Source of the DNA: Flectonema sp. DT1601
Taxonomy: Eukaryota
Direction: 5' to 3'
DNA: 64,000 nucleotides
Assembly: GCA_964019425.1 (NCBI GenBank)
Contig: OZ025785.1
Location: 1 to 64,000 of the forward strand
Shown here: positions 1-9,136 of the stretch, piece by piece
How the letters are laid out: the number at the start of each line of letters is the position of its first letter
How positions within the stretch are numbered: position 1 is the stretch's first letter
Made by a program: the position numbers and the translations under genes
Notes under the pieces: model-generated
Database searches by the model: none
The model's input: only the letters and a program-made list of their open reading frames with translations
What the model was told of the DNA's origin: nothing

Positions 1-3000
1 AGGGAGGGTTGCCTGTCACAGGCGATCTCGGCCCTAGACGCGCCGCCGCCAGCAGAACGAACCGAGAAGGTGCTGGAGCAGATGCGCACCCTACACCCGA
101 GGGCGAGCGGACCCCCATCGGCCACGGCAGGGCAGGAGGTGCAGATAGCAGAGGTGGAGCTGCTAGCATGCCTACGCTCCTTCCACAGGGGGTCGAGTGG
201 AGGGCCTTCGGGCCTCGCGCCGCAACACCTGAAGGACGTGGTGGAGCGGGGTGAGGTGCCGGGGCTGGTAGCCTCGATCACGGAGGTGGTGAGGATTCTG
301 GCGAACGGGAGGGCGCCGCGGGAAGTAGCGCCGCTGCTGGCGGGGGCGAACCTGACGGCGCTGGAGAAAGAAGGGAAGCCGGGGGAGCACCGGCCAGTCG
401 CGGTGGGGGAAACATGGAGGCGGCTGGTGGCGAAGATCCTGTGCGGGGCATACAGGTCCCAGGCGAGGAGCTCGTTGCTAGAAGTGAGACAACTGGGAGT
501 AGCGGTGTCGGGGGGAGTGGAGGCGGCGGTGCACACCCTGCATGAGTTCCGCGCGGAGCACGCGCTCTCGTCACAGAAAGTGTTCGTGAAGATAGACTTC
601 TCGAACGCCTTCAACTGCGTGAAGAGGGGGGCGTTCCTGGATTCGACGAGGGATACCCTGCTGGAGAGCTGGGTCAGCTGGTGTTACGGAGCGCCGACGT
701 GGTTGCTATTTGGGGACGAGAGGCTGAGCTCGGAGGAGGGTGCTCAGCAGGGGGATCCGTTGGGTCCCTTGCTGTTCTCGTTGGCAATCAAGCCGGCGCT
801 GCAGAAGGTGTTAGAGGCGAAGCCGGAGTTGGCGTGCTTCTACCTGGACGATGGGCTGGTGGCGGGCACCCTGGAACAGGTGGACAAGGCCCTCCAAATC
901 CTGCAGAAGGAGACGGCGGAGCTGGGGCTGACGCTGAGGCCGGACAAGTGCCAGACACACGTGCTCGACTCAGCCCAGAACACCCTGCCCATGGGGTGGG
1001 GGTTGGAGGGGATGAGACCCCCACTGTACAACGGGGACTTCCTGGGGGCACCGTTCGGGACGGATGAACACTGCCAGGAGTTCGTCGACAGGAAGGTGGC
1101 GCAGCTGGAGAAGAAAGCGGAGCTGCTAGCAGACCTGCAGGACCGGCAGGTGGCCATGGTGCTCCTAAGGCAATGCATGGGCTTCTGCAAGGTGACCCAC
1201 CTGATGCGATGCTGCACGCATGGGAAAATGGACACCTCGATGCGGAAGGTGGACGAGCTGATGAGGTCCACGGCGAGCCGAGTGTTGGGCCTGACACTGG
1301 AGGGGCCAAAGTGGATGCAGGCACAACTGCCGACCCGGATGGGGGGATTGGGGCTGCGGTCATGTGCAGAGCACAGGGGAGCAGCACTACTGGGATCCCT
1401 GGAGTTAGTCCAAGGGGTGAGCAAGTCACTATGGGAGGGGTTCAAGGGTGTGCTGATGCCAGCACTGAAGAAGGGGTTGAACCTCGCCCTCCCGGAGGAG
1501 CTAAGGATAGAAGAAGACGGGCCCGGGCCGAACCCCCAGAGACTGTCCTCGGCGAAACTGGACCAGGTCAAGAGAGACTGCCTGCTGGCGGGGGCGGATG
1601 ACCCGCGCGATAAAGGGAGGCTGCTCTCTCTGCGCATGGATAAGGCGAGCGCATGGCTGCAACAAGCAGATGAAGAGTGCGCGATGGACCCAGAGACGTT
1701 CAGGATCGCATGTGGGATGCGATTGGGCGCAGCGCTGTTCGCAGAAGGGGCAGTATGCAGGATATGCTCAGGCCCGCAGGATAGGCAGGGATACCATGCC
1801 TCGATCTGCATCAAGAACGGGCACGTGCACCAGCGACACGAGAGGGTGAAGGAGGAGTTCATCTCCATCTTTAAGCAGGCGGGATTGCCGCTGCTGAGAG
1901 AACCCAGCCACCTACTGGGACCCAACAAGCAGAGACCGGGGGACTGGTACTGCCAAGAGGGGCTGAGGGAGGGGAGAGGCAGAGCCTTCGACATCACGGT
2001 GGTAAACCCGGGGAAAATTAAAGTATATAAAACCCCGGGGCAAGCCGCGAGAGAAGCAGAGTCCCTGAAAGGGAACAAGTACGCGGAGCAGTGCACGAAA
2101 CACGGGATTAATTTCTCGACAATCGCGCTGGAAGCGTACGGAGGGATGGGACGGGAAGCTGTGGGGACCCTGAAGAAGTTGGTGCAGATCTGCGCAACGA
2201 ACTCGACGGTGCCACACCGGGAGATCGCGGGGGAGATGGCGAGGAGGATCTCGACATCGGTGGTAGTGGCGACGGCGGAAGCACTGAGAGCGAGGGAGGC
2301 GTCGGTGGCGATGGACTCGGTGAACCCATTGCCAAGGACGAAACCGCCGCCCGAGATGACGGAGAAGCCGACACCACAAGAGAGAGAACCAAGACCGAGA
2401 GCGGAAACGGAAGAGATCCAGCAGCCGGAAGCAATGTTGCAGTCGGCAGGACCGAACCCGACGATGAGTGGTTTGCCGAACATCGGGAACTCCTGCTACC
2501 TCAACGCGTCCGTACAGTGCCTGCTGAAGGGCACGGCACTGACACAAGTGCTGACGGGGAAGGAGGAAGTGGGGATGTCGGGCCTCCTGAGTGGAGTGGT
2601 CAAAGGGAGTGGGGAGTGCCTGGAGAAGCTGTCCAAGATGTTCGACCCGCTACAAGACAGGCGGCAGGGGGAGGTAGTAGGAACCCTGACGTCCATAGTA
2701 GACGCCCTGTTGGAGGAGAAGAAAGAGGAGTGCGAACCGTTGTTCTCGGCAGTACAGCTGAAACAGCTGGTCTGCACGGGATGTGCGGACGCCTCCGGAT
2801 CGACGGATGAGTTGACGCTGATCCCACTGTGTGGCCGTACACCACAAGTGAGGCTTCAGCCGACGAAGGAGAGAGTCGAGCGGTCCTGCGAGAAGCTGTG
2901 CGGCAGCAATGAGGCCACGTTGGAAGAGAGTTTCGCCTCGCTCCCAAGCTCCTTGATCTTCCAGAGAGACAAGCAGGACACGCAAGGGTCCTTGGGATGG

Positions 3001-6000
3001 GAAGAGCGCTTCCAGGTGCAGGTCGGGGAGAGGGTGATGACGTACCAGCAAACGGGAGCGATCGCACACCTCGGGAGTGACAACGCGGGGCACTACGTGT
3101 CATACACGTGGGACGGAGTAGGCTGGCAGAAGCAAGACGACAAGGCAATAAGCCAAGTGTCGACAGAGGAGATCCACGGTACGAGACCAGTAGTAGTGGT
3201 CTACTCGAGGGTAGAGGGATCGACCCAAGAGGACGTCGGGGTGCCGGTGAGATGGATTCCGGTGGCGAACAAGGACCGGATGGAGGTACGCGAGGCACCG
3301 CCGTCGGAGGAGGACACCGCGGGGTACACGTCCAGGGAAGAGGCGGAGTGTGTCCTCCGGACGCGAGTAATAGGGGGGCAGGCACAGCGCAAGCTGCTCC
3401 TACTGGTATCGAGCGTCTGGAACGCGGAGATGGAGAAGCTGGGGGCGGCGGCATGCCTGATACACATGGGAACGCTCGACAGGAGGTTCACGTGGTCGGG
3501 CTGCCTACCGACATGGGACGAAGCGACGGCGGAGTACGTGGCAGCGCTGCTAGGGCTCAACGCGATCAGGGAGAGATCGCAACTGCTGGGGGGTGAGACA
3601 CAGATCGAGGTGGTCACACCGCAGCAGGGGTGGGGAGTCGAGCAGCAGGAGGCGCTGAAGTTGGTAGCGCTCCCGTCGGTGATAGAACACCAGGTGACGG
3701 AAAGCCCCCGAGGGGTGGAGAACCTGGCCCTCTGGGAAGCGGAGTCGGCGGCGTGGGACGAGCCGGTGGAGCTCTCGGAGGACGGGCTCGACTACCTGGT
3801 GATCGAGCTGGAGATGAATCTGGGGCTGTCCCATTTGAGGGGAAAGACGGCGGAACCGGTTGAATCCCAGTCGCTCCCGGGAGGGTCGACGGCGTCAGGC
3901 GAAGACAGACCACGAGCCGAAGCGCCGGCCCAGGAGGAAGCGCGGACGACGGACGCACAAGGAGCGGAAGCAGTAGGGCTGAGAGACGAGCCAGCACAGG
4001 AAGTGGGACAACCCGAGGAAAAAGAGCACCCACCCCCCGACCCCCCGTCGAAGGAGGAGAAGCTGTATGCGGTGGCGGTGGGATGGAAACCGGGAGTGTA
4101 TGCATCGTGGGAGGAGGCGAAGGCACAGACGGAAGGGTGCCCGAATGCGACACACCAGAGTTTCTCCTCCAGGAAGGAGGCGGACAGGTTTGTAGAGAGG
4201 TGGCAGCCGGAGACCAGGGAACCGACCCGGGCCACGGAGGGAGTCAGCCCACGTAAGTGGTACGCAGTGGCGAGGGGCAGGGCGGTAGGCCTGTTCCAAT
4301 GCTGGAACGAGGCGAACTCGATGGTGTCAGGCTACGCGGCGGCGAGACACAAGAGTTTCGCAAGCAAGGGGGAGGCGGAGGGATACCTCCGAACCCACCT
4401 GCTGGGGGAGGTGGTGGGGGAAGTAGGGACGAGGTACACCTTGGTGTACGCGTGCGAGGTAGACCCGGTAACGGGCCGTCTGGGGGCGGCGGCGAGCTGG
4501 CTGGACACACACCGGTTCGAGGTGTTGGGCACATGGTCAGCTGGCCTGCCAGCGGGAGACACACACGGGGGGCGATACTTCGCAGCCCTGGTGGGGCTGG
4601 TAGCGGCCAAGGCGTGTGGAGGCCTCGTCCCAGCGGAGGCATCCCTGCTGCTGCGAGGAAGCACGACACACTGGTCGACGGACCAGAGAGAGGTGCTGGA
4701 GGAGGCGGATTTGATGGGGAGGCGTACGACGCTGGTGGAGATGCCAGAGGGGATGAGAACACACGCGACGGAGGAGGCGGAAAAAGCGGCGAAAGAGGGC
4801 TCGACCTCAGTGACGGAAGCCGTGATGAAGGTTTTCACAGAGGGGGCAACGAACTGCCTGGGACACGGGACACGGACGGGGAGTCCCTTCACGGTGCGGT
4901 GGGAGGGAAGACAACTGCGTCTGGAACCCCGGTACACGGAAGGGGGGACGGGATCGTCAGGCGGCCGAGAGTCGGTGGAAGGAGAAGACGCGAGGGTGGA
5001 GGGCCGAGACGAGCAGAGCCCGGTCCCAACCCCGAAGGGGGCTGTACAAAGGGTAGAGGCGGGAGTCCTGGAGTTGAGCTCGGAAGGGTCGGAGGGAGAT
5101 GACGATAGATCATCCTCCCCAGCGACAGGGCAGGACGAAGGGAACGGTTCCATGTCGGGAGGCTCCTTGGGGAGTCCAGGGACGTCGGACATGGAAGCGG
5201 AAGAACAGACGGACGAAAGGGACCAGTCCGTAGACCCGTCGGCAGCAGAAACCTCAGGCGAAAACCATCACCTGGCCGAGGACCTGCAAGCCGAGAAGGG
5301 GGACGAGCTGGACGAGACGTCCCACCACTCAGGAGAGCCACCGTCGTCAGACGGCATGGACGGAGTGGAGGGGTTGGAGGACCTGGAAGACTCACAGTCG
5401 GAGATGGAAGTCGACGGAGAAAATGTGACGGAAGGGTCAGTAGTCCAGTACGTCGAGGAGACGTCAGAGGACGTGGTCCAAGTGGCAGAGTCGGACACAG
5501 AGGAGGAGGGATCGTCAGACTCCCAAATGACCATGACGGTCGATGAACAGGAATGGGAAGAGGGAGCGGCGCCCGAGGGGAACGCAGGTCAGATGGCCTG
5601 GATGCTGGGACTACACCCAGAAGGGGGGAACGCGGAAACACGACGGGAGGGCCAATCGGAGCCCCTTTCAAAGCTGGTGAACTCAGGCGAAACAAAACCA
5701 ATGGCCGAGAGATCCAGTTTGGGGGCGAAGATGGGACCACGCGCAGTGGGTAGTGACGGGAGCGGGGAAGACGCAGAGAGATCGCCGGGCACGGTGTCGA
5801 CACCGAGCACGAGAGGGAGGACGAAGTACAGAAAGGGAATGGAGGAGGAGAGGGAGGAGTGTGTGTCGCCGAAGACAAATACGGGAAGGGGACGCACGAG
5901 AGGCCGGAAGGCAAAGACGGGGGCAAAGGGGGCCGGAAAGGAGGACCCAAGTCCGCAGGTGTTGCAGGCGGAAATGGGAGAGTCCACCCCGAGCTCAGGT

Positions 6001-6432
6001 GAACGGCAGGCGAGGAGGAGGTACAGGAAGGGAGAAGAGAGGGAGAGGATAGAGGTTCTCTCCCCAGACCCGAGCAGGAAAGCGAAGAGGAAGAGACGCA
6101 AGCAGAAGGAACCGGAGCCAGTGGAGGGCACCACGAGGGAACAGGCGCCGCGGAGTTACAACAGGAAACCCACACTGCGTCGGGTAGGTAAGGGAGACAC
6201 ACCCGACACAATGGGGTACGCACACGGGCCCCCGGGCTCCCTGACCTCGTTCACGGACGCGGGCGTACGCCCGGAGCCGGCGGAACGAGACGGACAAGGT
6301 GTGGCAGGAGCAGAGTTGGTCACAAGGTCGTCGTCACAGAGTGAGAAAAGCACCCAAGGAGAGATGAGGGAGAGAGAAGGGGATCCAACGCGAAGGGTCC
6401 TGGACTTCTCGTCGAAAGGGGGAAGGCGCTAG
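1..6432 (+). CDS. Retrotransposon polyprotein (5'-open): RT, zinc knuckle, RLE, USP/UCH peptidase C19, RNase H-like fold, two RNase H1 hybrid-binding (Cauli_VI-like) domains, second RNase H-like fold, acidic/basic disordered tail
   Basis: Frame is open from base 1. RT motifs: RPVAVGE..RRLVAK, DFSNAFN, QQGDPLGPLLF, YLDDG (841), QLPTRMGGLGL. CxxC..H...C at ~1756-1809. RLE motifs: RH, RPGD, FDITV, E..K, F..IALEAYGG. USP Cys box GLPNIGNSCYLNASVQCL (~2470) and His box HLGSDNAGHYVSY..QDD (~3067-3141). Two YAVAxG..G.Y..W.E...G...H.SF...EA motifs (~4060-4200, ~4255-4392). Confidence 0.9.
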   Translation, partial: REGCLSQAISALDAPPPAERTEKVLEQMRTLHPRASGPPSATAGQEVQIAEVELLACLRSFHRGSSGGPSGLAPQHLKDVVERGEVPGLVASITEVVRILANGRAPREVAPLLAGANLTALEKEGKPGEHRPVAVGETWRRLVAKILCGAYRSQARSSLLEVRQLGVAVSGGVEAAVHTLHEFRAEHALSSQKVFVKIDFSNAFNCVKRGAFLDSTRDTLLESWVSWCYGAPTWLLFGDERLSSEEGAQQGDPLGPLLFSLAIKPALQKVLEAKPELACFYLDDGLVAGTLEQVDKALQILQKETAELGLTLRPDKCQTHVLDSAQNTLPMGWGLEGMRPPLYNGDFLGAPFGTDEHCQEFVDRKVAQLEKKAELLADLQDRQVAMVLLRQCMGFCKVTHLMRCCTHGKMDTSMRKVDELMRSTASRVLGLTLEGPKWMQAQLPTRMGGLGLRSCAEHRGAALLGSLELVQGVSKSLWEGFKGVLMPALKKGLNLALPEELRIEEDGPGPNPQRLSSAKLDQVKRDCLLAGADDPRDKGRLLSLRMDKASAWLQQADEECAMDPETFRIACGMRLGAALFAEGAVCRICSGPQDRQGYHASICIKNGHVHQRHERVKEEFISIFKQAGLPLLREPSHLLGPNKQRPGDWYCQEGLREGRGRAFDITVVNPGKIKVYKTPGQAAREAESLKGNKYAEQCTKHGINFSTIALEAYGGMGREAVGTLKKLVQICATNSTVPHREIAGEMARRISTSVVVATAEALRAREASVAMDSVNPLPRTKPPPEMTEKPTPQEREPRPRAETEEIQQPEAMLQSAGPNPTMSGLPNIGNSCYLNASVQCLLKGTALTQVLTGKEEVGMSGLLSGVVKGSGECLEKLSKMFDPLQDRRQGEVVGTLTSIVDALLEEKKEECEPLFSAVQLKQLVCTGCADASGSTDELTLIPLCGRTPQVRLQPTKERVERSCEKLCGSNEATLEESFASLPSSLIFQRDKQDTQGSLGWEERFQVQVGERVMTYQQTGAIAHLGSDNAGHYVSYTWDGVGWQKQDDKAISQVSTEEIHGTRPVVVVYSRVEGSTQEDVGVPVRWIPVANKDRMEVREAPPSEEDTAGYTSREEAECVLRTRVIGGQAQRKLLLLVSSVWNAEMEKLGAAACLIHMGTLDRRFTWSGCLPTWDEATAEYVAALLGLNAIRERSQLLGGETQIEVVTPQQGWGVEQQEALKLVALPSVIEHQVTESPRGVENLALWEAESAAWDEPVELSEDGLDYLVIELEMNLGLSHLRGKTAEPVESQSLPGGSTASGEDRPRAEAPAQEEARTTDAQGAEAVGLRDEPAQEVGQPEEKEHPPPDPPSKEEKLYAVAVGWKPGVYASWEEAKAQTEGCPNATHQSFSSRKEADRFVERWQPETREPTRATEGVSPRKWYAVARGRAVGLFQCWNEANSMVSGYAAARHKSFASKGEAEGYLRTHLLGEVVGEVGTRYTLVYACEVDPVTGRLGAAASWLDTHRFEVLGTWSAGLPAGDTHGGRYFAALVGLVAAKACGGLVPAEASLLLRGSTTHWSTDQREVLEEADLMGRRTTLVEMPEGMRTHATEEAEKAAKEGSTSVTEAVMKVFTEGATNCLGHGTRTGSPFTVRWEGRQLRLEPRYTEGGTGSSGGRESVEGEDARVEGRDEQSPVPTPKGAVQRVEAGVLELSSEGSEGDDDRSSSPATGQDEGNGSMSGGSLGSPGTSDMEAEEQTDERDQSVDPSAAETSGENHHLAEDLQAEKGDELDETSHHSGEPPSSDGMDGVEGLEDLEDSQSEMEVDGENVTEGSVVQYVEETSEDVVQVAESDTEEEGSSDSQMTMTVDEQEWEEGAAPEGNAGQMAWMLGLHPEGGNAETRREGQSEPLSKLVNSGETKPMAERSSLGAKMGPRAVGSDGSGEDAERSPGTVSTPSTRGRTKYRKGMEEEREECVSPKTNTGRGRTRGRKAKTGAKGAGKEDPSPQVLQAEMGESTPSSGERQARRRYRKGEERERIEVLSPDPSRKAKRKRRKQKEPEPVEGTTREQAPRSYNRKPTLRRVGKGDTPDTMGYAHGPPGSLTSFTDAGVRPEPAERDGQGVAGAELVTRSSSQSEKSTQGEMREREGDPTRRVLDFSSKGGRR

Positions 6433-7164
6433 GGACTCCACGAAGGAGGTCTCAAGAGCCGAGGAAAAGACAGAGCCAAGACCCCAGAGCCAACCCAAAA
6501 CACATGGTAGAGGACGAGGGAGAACAAGAGCGGGAGCGAGGTTAGAAACGTGACCAAAGCCCCCGCGAAGCAGGAGACACAACCTGCAACCAGACCCCCC
6601 CAAAAAAAAAAAAAAACCCCGGTCAACGAGGCAAACTCGGACCAAAACATGCTTTTCACCCCCCCCAGGAAACACCGACCAGTGGAGCCAAAGGCCGCAC
6701 ACATATTATAAAAATCAAAGGCCGCCCCCCAACCCAAGAAAAGGATGAAAAACTTTCAAGCGAAAAAACTTGACGTCCGTACGCCCCAGAGATCAAAGGA
6801 CGGACGACTCACACCCCCTTCTTTCGCCCCATTTTATTTACTGGTACAGCGACAAATGTAAAGCTGGGTAGACGACGAATTATCTTTTGTGCACAGAGAC
6901 AAGGGATCCATGAGAACAAAGGATCAAGAGAAGAAGGGCACATTCCCCATCCCAAACCCAGAAACATGAGAACTCATTAAATTGAAGGGTCATGTCTTTT
7001 CAAGTCGAAAAATGCTTAAATGCTGAAGAAGACTGTCGTCCCCAGCTCGCGGGTTTTCCCTGTCGCTGTATGGCGAGACAACGATCAGAGTCAGTAGAAA
7101 GATTGTACAAATTTGTTGTATAATGAGAAAGGACAAAGAAAGTAGTTTCCATTTTATCTTCCCG

Positions 7165-7201
<37 letters not shown>
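1..7201 (+). mobile_element. CRE-clade-like non-LTR retrotransposon (RT + CCHC + restriction-like endonuclease, long C-terminal extension); 5' end lies outside the window
   Basis: One long ORF to 6432, a ~730-nt 3' UTR (6433-7164) and a 37-nt poly(A) at 7165-7201. Strong G+A strand bias unlike the AT-rich host DNA. The 3' UTR is repeated at 8357-8913. Confidence 0.92.
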
Positions 7202-7205
<4 letters not shown>

Positions 7206-7206
7206 C

Positions 7207-7288
7207 GGCGAGATGGCCGAGCGGTCTAAGGCGTTGCGTTAAGGCCGCAATCTCTTCGGAGGCGTGGGTTCAAACCCCACTCTCGTCA
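7207..7288 (+). tRNA. trnL-AAG: tRNA-Leu (anticodon AAG)
   Basis: Acceptor stem GGCGAGA/TCTCGTC+A, D-arm TGGCCGAGCGGTCTAAGG, anticodon stem TTGCG/CGCAA with loop TTAAGGC, long variable arm, T-arm GTGGGTTCAAACCCCAC, followed by a TTTT Pol III terminator. Confidence 0.95.
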
Positions 7289-7310
7289 ATTTTGCAATAC
7301 AAACAATAAC

Positions 7311-7690
7311 AGAATCCATGTCCTATTGTAGTCAGCTTCTGAAAAACCGGAAACATCGATAGAGGCGGGAACTCAATAAACCTGTTTCCCTTAAAGGAAT
7401 AAAAAACATCAATCAGTGTCAAATACTTTGGTGGAAGGACATAACTTCAATTTGATGTGAGTCAACCTGCTGAAGAATGATAATTAAACTGCCCAGCTTT
7501 TGACGGTAGTGTAGTGGACTACCGTGGCTGTAACGGGTAACGGGGAATTAGGGTTCGATTCCGGAGAGGGAGCCTGAGAAACGGCTACTCAGACATTGTA
7601 CGTTGCTTGGACACCAGGCAGCTGCAGCACTTGAATCGAATGCTCAACTCCATTCAATATTTCTTTCTGTGTCCCAACTCATCCTGTACT
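7311..7690 (-). pseudogene. Heavily deleted relic of the LRR gene family (one LRR piece plus pieces of its upstream region)
   Basis: 7311-7375 matches LRR repeat DNA (tcctattgtagtcagcttctgaaaaaccggaaacatcgat). 7441-7490 and 7592-7682 match the LRR upstream region (e.g. gacaccaggcagctgcagcac...gtgtcccaactcat, cf. 16887-16962). Confidence 0.7.
7489..7588 (+). rRNA. ~100-bp fragment of 18S rRNA (not a full gene)
   Basis: Contains the conserved SSU stretch TAACGGGTAACGGGGAATTAGGGTTCGATTCCGGAGAGGGAGCCTGAGAAACGGCTAC; flanks are not rDNA. Confidence 0.9.
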
Positions 7691-8356
7691 TCCCTTCTCT
7701 TTTATTTTTATTCAGAAACAACAATCAAGACATAATGTAAATCTGAAAGGAAAGGAATGACATCAACGATAAATAAATAAAAAGATACAATCTGGTAACC
7801 GTTCACTTAATAGTTGACATCATTCGAATGGTGTTTTTGATTCAAATGACATTTGACATCCTGGTGAGGTTCCGTAAGAGATTTATTACGAAGTTCTAAA
7901 GAATAGTGCATTGCCATATCTGGAATGCATTTTTAGGTGTAAAGGAAAATAAAAAAGTTCAACCTAATTAATTGGCTTTTTTGCTGTCACTAGAAGTCAG
8001 AAACCTATCCTTTGTGTGTTACTCAAAATTCCACAGGGGGGTGTGCCCAATATAGGGGGGTAGTACTTGGACCACTGCCTACTATATTGCTTGGACAACC
8101 CCTACTTACTGGTAACTTACTTAGGCATGGGACACAGTTACTAAGGCGAGACAACTTTCATAAGGCATTTCAATGGAGGACGCAGTCGGTCATGGAAGTC
8201 ATAACCAACTTAGTTAATATGTGACTCGTCTACTGACACGGCTAACATAGCTGGCTAAGCTTCGTCTCGGTGCGGAGCCCCTGAAGAACCTCAGGGAACT
8301 TTTAGGGCAGCCACGCTATGCTGAGGACAGTGATGAGTTTGAGGATGGTTTAAAAA

Positions 8357-8913
8357 AAACTCGGACCAGAACATGCTTTTCACCCCCCCCCAGGAAACAC
8401 CGACCAGTGGAGCCAAAGGCCGCACGCATATTATAAAAATCAAAGGCCTCCCCCCAACCCAAGAAAAGGATGAAAAACTTTCAAGCGAAAAAACTTGACG
8501 TCCGTACGCCCCAGAGACCAAAGGACGGACGACTCACACCCCCTTCTTTCGCCCCATTTTATTTACTGGTACAGCGACAAATGTAAAGCTGGGTAGACGA
8601 CGAATTATCTTTTGTGCACAGAGACAAGGGATCCATGAGAACAAAGGATCAAGAGAAGAAGTGCACATTCCCCATCCCAAACCCAGAAACATGAGAACTC
8701 ATTAAATTGAAGGACATGTCTTTTCAAGTCGAAAAAATGCTTAAATGCTGAAGAAGACTGTCGTCCCCAGCTCGCGGGTTTTCCCTGTCGCTGTATGTCG
8801 AGACAACGATCAGAGTCAGTAGAAAGATTGTACTAATTAACAGTATAATGAAAAAGGACGAAGAGAGTAGTTTCCATTTTATCTTCCCGAAAAAAAAAAA
8901 AAAAAAAAAAAAA
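8357..8913 (+). mobile_element. 5'-truncated copy of the CRE-like element (3' UTR + poly(A) only)
   Basis: Near-identical to ~6633-7201 with scattered substitutions and indels; ends ATTTTATCTTCCCG + A24 (8890-8913). Confidence 0.92.
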
Positions 8914-9136
8914 CACACAATGCTATTCTATTTAACACTAATTTGATTCTTTTTCAACGCTGCTATTTGTTATTTTCATTAAGAAAATGTTTTCTTTCAT
9001 TATCATTTGAAAACATCCAACTTGCAAGGTATCAGTTGTTTTTGTGATTTCAATTCTCTGTTAAGACATGATAGCTGACAATAGTAGTAAAAAGAACCAA
9101 TCATTGAAATAATATTTTCCGTACGAAATAACATTT

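Noticed and set aside
172..6737. Many long antisense or alternate-frame ORFs over the first retroelement (e.g. 840-2483, 4889-6223)
   Set aside because: Shadow ORFs caused by GC richness and purine skew; Pro/Ser-rich with no motifs.
8012..8350. Unassigned GC-richer segment containing CTGAAGA, considered as a hammerhead ribozyme
   Set aside because: No correctly placed GAAA core or stems; origin unknown.
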